Part shown: in pieces, positions 62,432-64,000 of the stretch | Layout: each line of letters starts with the position of its first letter | How positions within the stretch are numbered: the first letter of the stretch is position 1 | Source of the DNA: Octopus sinensis | Lineage: Eukaryota | Direction: 5' to 3' | Assembly (NCBI RefSeq): GCF_006345805.1 | Contig: NC_043024.1 | Coordinates: 16,182,001-16,246,000, forward strand | DNA: 64,000 nucleotides | Position numbers and translations under genes: made by a program | The notes under the pieces: model-generated | Seen by the model: only the letters and a program-made list of their open reading frames with translations | Database searches by the model: none | Told to the model about the DNA's origin: nothing

Positions 62432-62838
62432 AGGTGCGGGAGTGGCTGTGTGGTAAGTACCTTACCAACCACATGGTCATGGGTTCAGTCCCACTGTGTG
62501 GCACCTTGGGCAAGTGTCTTCTACTATAACCTTGGGCCGACCAAAACCTTGTGAGTGGATTTGGCAGACAGAAACTGAAAGAAGCCCGTCACATATATGT
62601 ATATGTATATGTGTGTGTGTGTGTGTCTGTGTTTGTCCCCACAACATCGATTGACAACCAATGCTGGTGTGTTTATGTCCCTGTAACTTAGCGGTTTGGC
62701 AAAAGAGACCGATAGAATAAGTACTAGGCTTACAAAGAATAAGCTCTGGGGTCGATTTGCTCGACTAAAGGCGGTGCTCCAGCATGGCCGCAGTCAAATG
62801 ACTGAAACAAGTAAAAGAAAAGAAAAATAAAAGAAAAG
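62432..62838 (+). mobile_element. SINE family A, full length
   Basis: Complete copy. Confidence 0.92.
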
Positions 62839-63024
62839 AGTATGCAAACAATGTAGGGCAAAATACGGTGTGTGATCAGTTAAGGCACTTGGTCTTAAAT
62901 TCATGTATTTTTTCTCTTTTTTTTTGTTTATCTCTTTTTTCTTTCTTTTTCTTTCTCTGTTCCTCTTTTTCCATTTTTTTACTCCTAGGGTTTTTCTTTA
63001 TCTACTCTTGTTGATGATACGTAT

Positions 63025-63063
63025 TATATATGTATCATATACATACATACATACATACACACA

Positions 63064-63099
<36 letters not shown>

Positions 63100-63128
63100 T
63101 ATATATATGTATACATATATATATACAT

Positions 63129-63221
<93 letters not shown>

Positions 63222-63225
63222 CACA
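63025..63225. repeat. (TACA)n/(TA)n microsatellite
   Basis: Direct reading. Confidence 0.95.
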
Positions 63226-63411
63226 CGTGTTATATTCCAATTAAGGTTTGGAGCATAGTAACACATTAAAAAAAATGGGTGTCAGATGAAACTTAATCTC
63301 TCATTAGAAAGAGTAAAATAAATATAACTGATGATGGGAAATACCAAGAACTGAATAAAGAAATAAGACAAAAATGTGAAGAAGTAAAAGAACAGTGGAT
63401 GAAAAATGCGA

Positions 63412-63570
63412 TTATATTGTGAGATTGTTCCAGAGGGTGTCACTGTGCATAAAAAAAGAGGTAGAAGTCTTATCTGTTAATATTTTTCGCAATAGCTTTG
63501 TTTTGTGATGTGAGGTATAAATGTGTTGCAATTGTTGCTCATTGTAAATGCATTGTGAGCGTACAAGAGA
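63412..63570 (-). mobile_element. Possible CR1/L2-like LINE C-terminus
   Basis: TSFFMHSDTLWNNL resembles the SFF.R...LWNSLP terminus. Confidence 0.3.
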
Positions 63571-64000
63571 ATGTTGTACTTGTAAGGCAGATGTAACTAT
63601 TAGAATGATAAAGTTTACAACTTTCACTTATAATGAATTGCCTACAAGACTAGATGATAAATTATGGAAGCAATATCACAACACTAAGCTGAAATAAGTC
63701 TGGAAATTGTCAATAAAATGAATTTAGGAACTGTATTGTTCAAGACAAACTACATAAATCATAAAATATGAAAAAATCTAATAAAAGCATTTAAACTGGA
63801 ACATAGGTATATTTGCAATATATAAATATGTGTGTGTGTGTGTGTGTGCGTTTTGTATTAATATATTACAATTGTTTCCATAAACTGACTGTTTTTATTC
63901 CATCACACACACACATATACATATGTATATACGTACATATATATATATATTTAATAATTAAGGGTACTACAGGTAAAACCAGCATGCTAAAAGTATGTTG

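Overview
AT-rich, microsatellite-dense animal genomic DNA made almost entirely of transposable-element debris. The repeat families and (TA)n/(CA)n/(ATC)n load look like an octopod cephalopod (inference from recall, not a database search). I could not support any host protein-coding exon; most ORF-track entries are microsatellite or SINE read-throughs. Recognisable elements: about 25 copies of a tRNA-head/CORE-like SINE (family A); Nin-domain-like SINEs (family B); RTE LINE fragments and their 3' UTR; two L1/Tx1 fragments; a HERO-like fragment; four copies of one internally deleted mariner plus other mariner/Tc1 relics; TTAA (piggyBac-type) MITEs; three non-autonomous Helitrons; a mini LTR element; several Penelope-like element (PLE) relics including a 209-aa GIY-YIG ORF; a 35-bp minisatellite; and several long DNA palindromes. 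The most notable signal, invisible to the ORF track, is about 18 type-I hammerhead ribozyme (HHR) motifs from many distinct PLE-like families on both strands. One is textbook-perfect (56329-56390, minus), several have intact cores with palindromic stem III (the dimer-cleaving type), two families carry non-canonical cores, and four pairs sit in divergent foldback cassettes. All folds were done by eye; coordinates of degraded elements are approximate.
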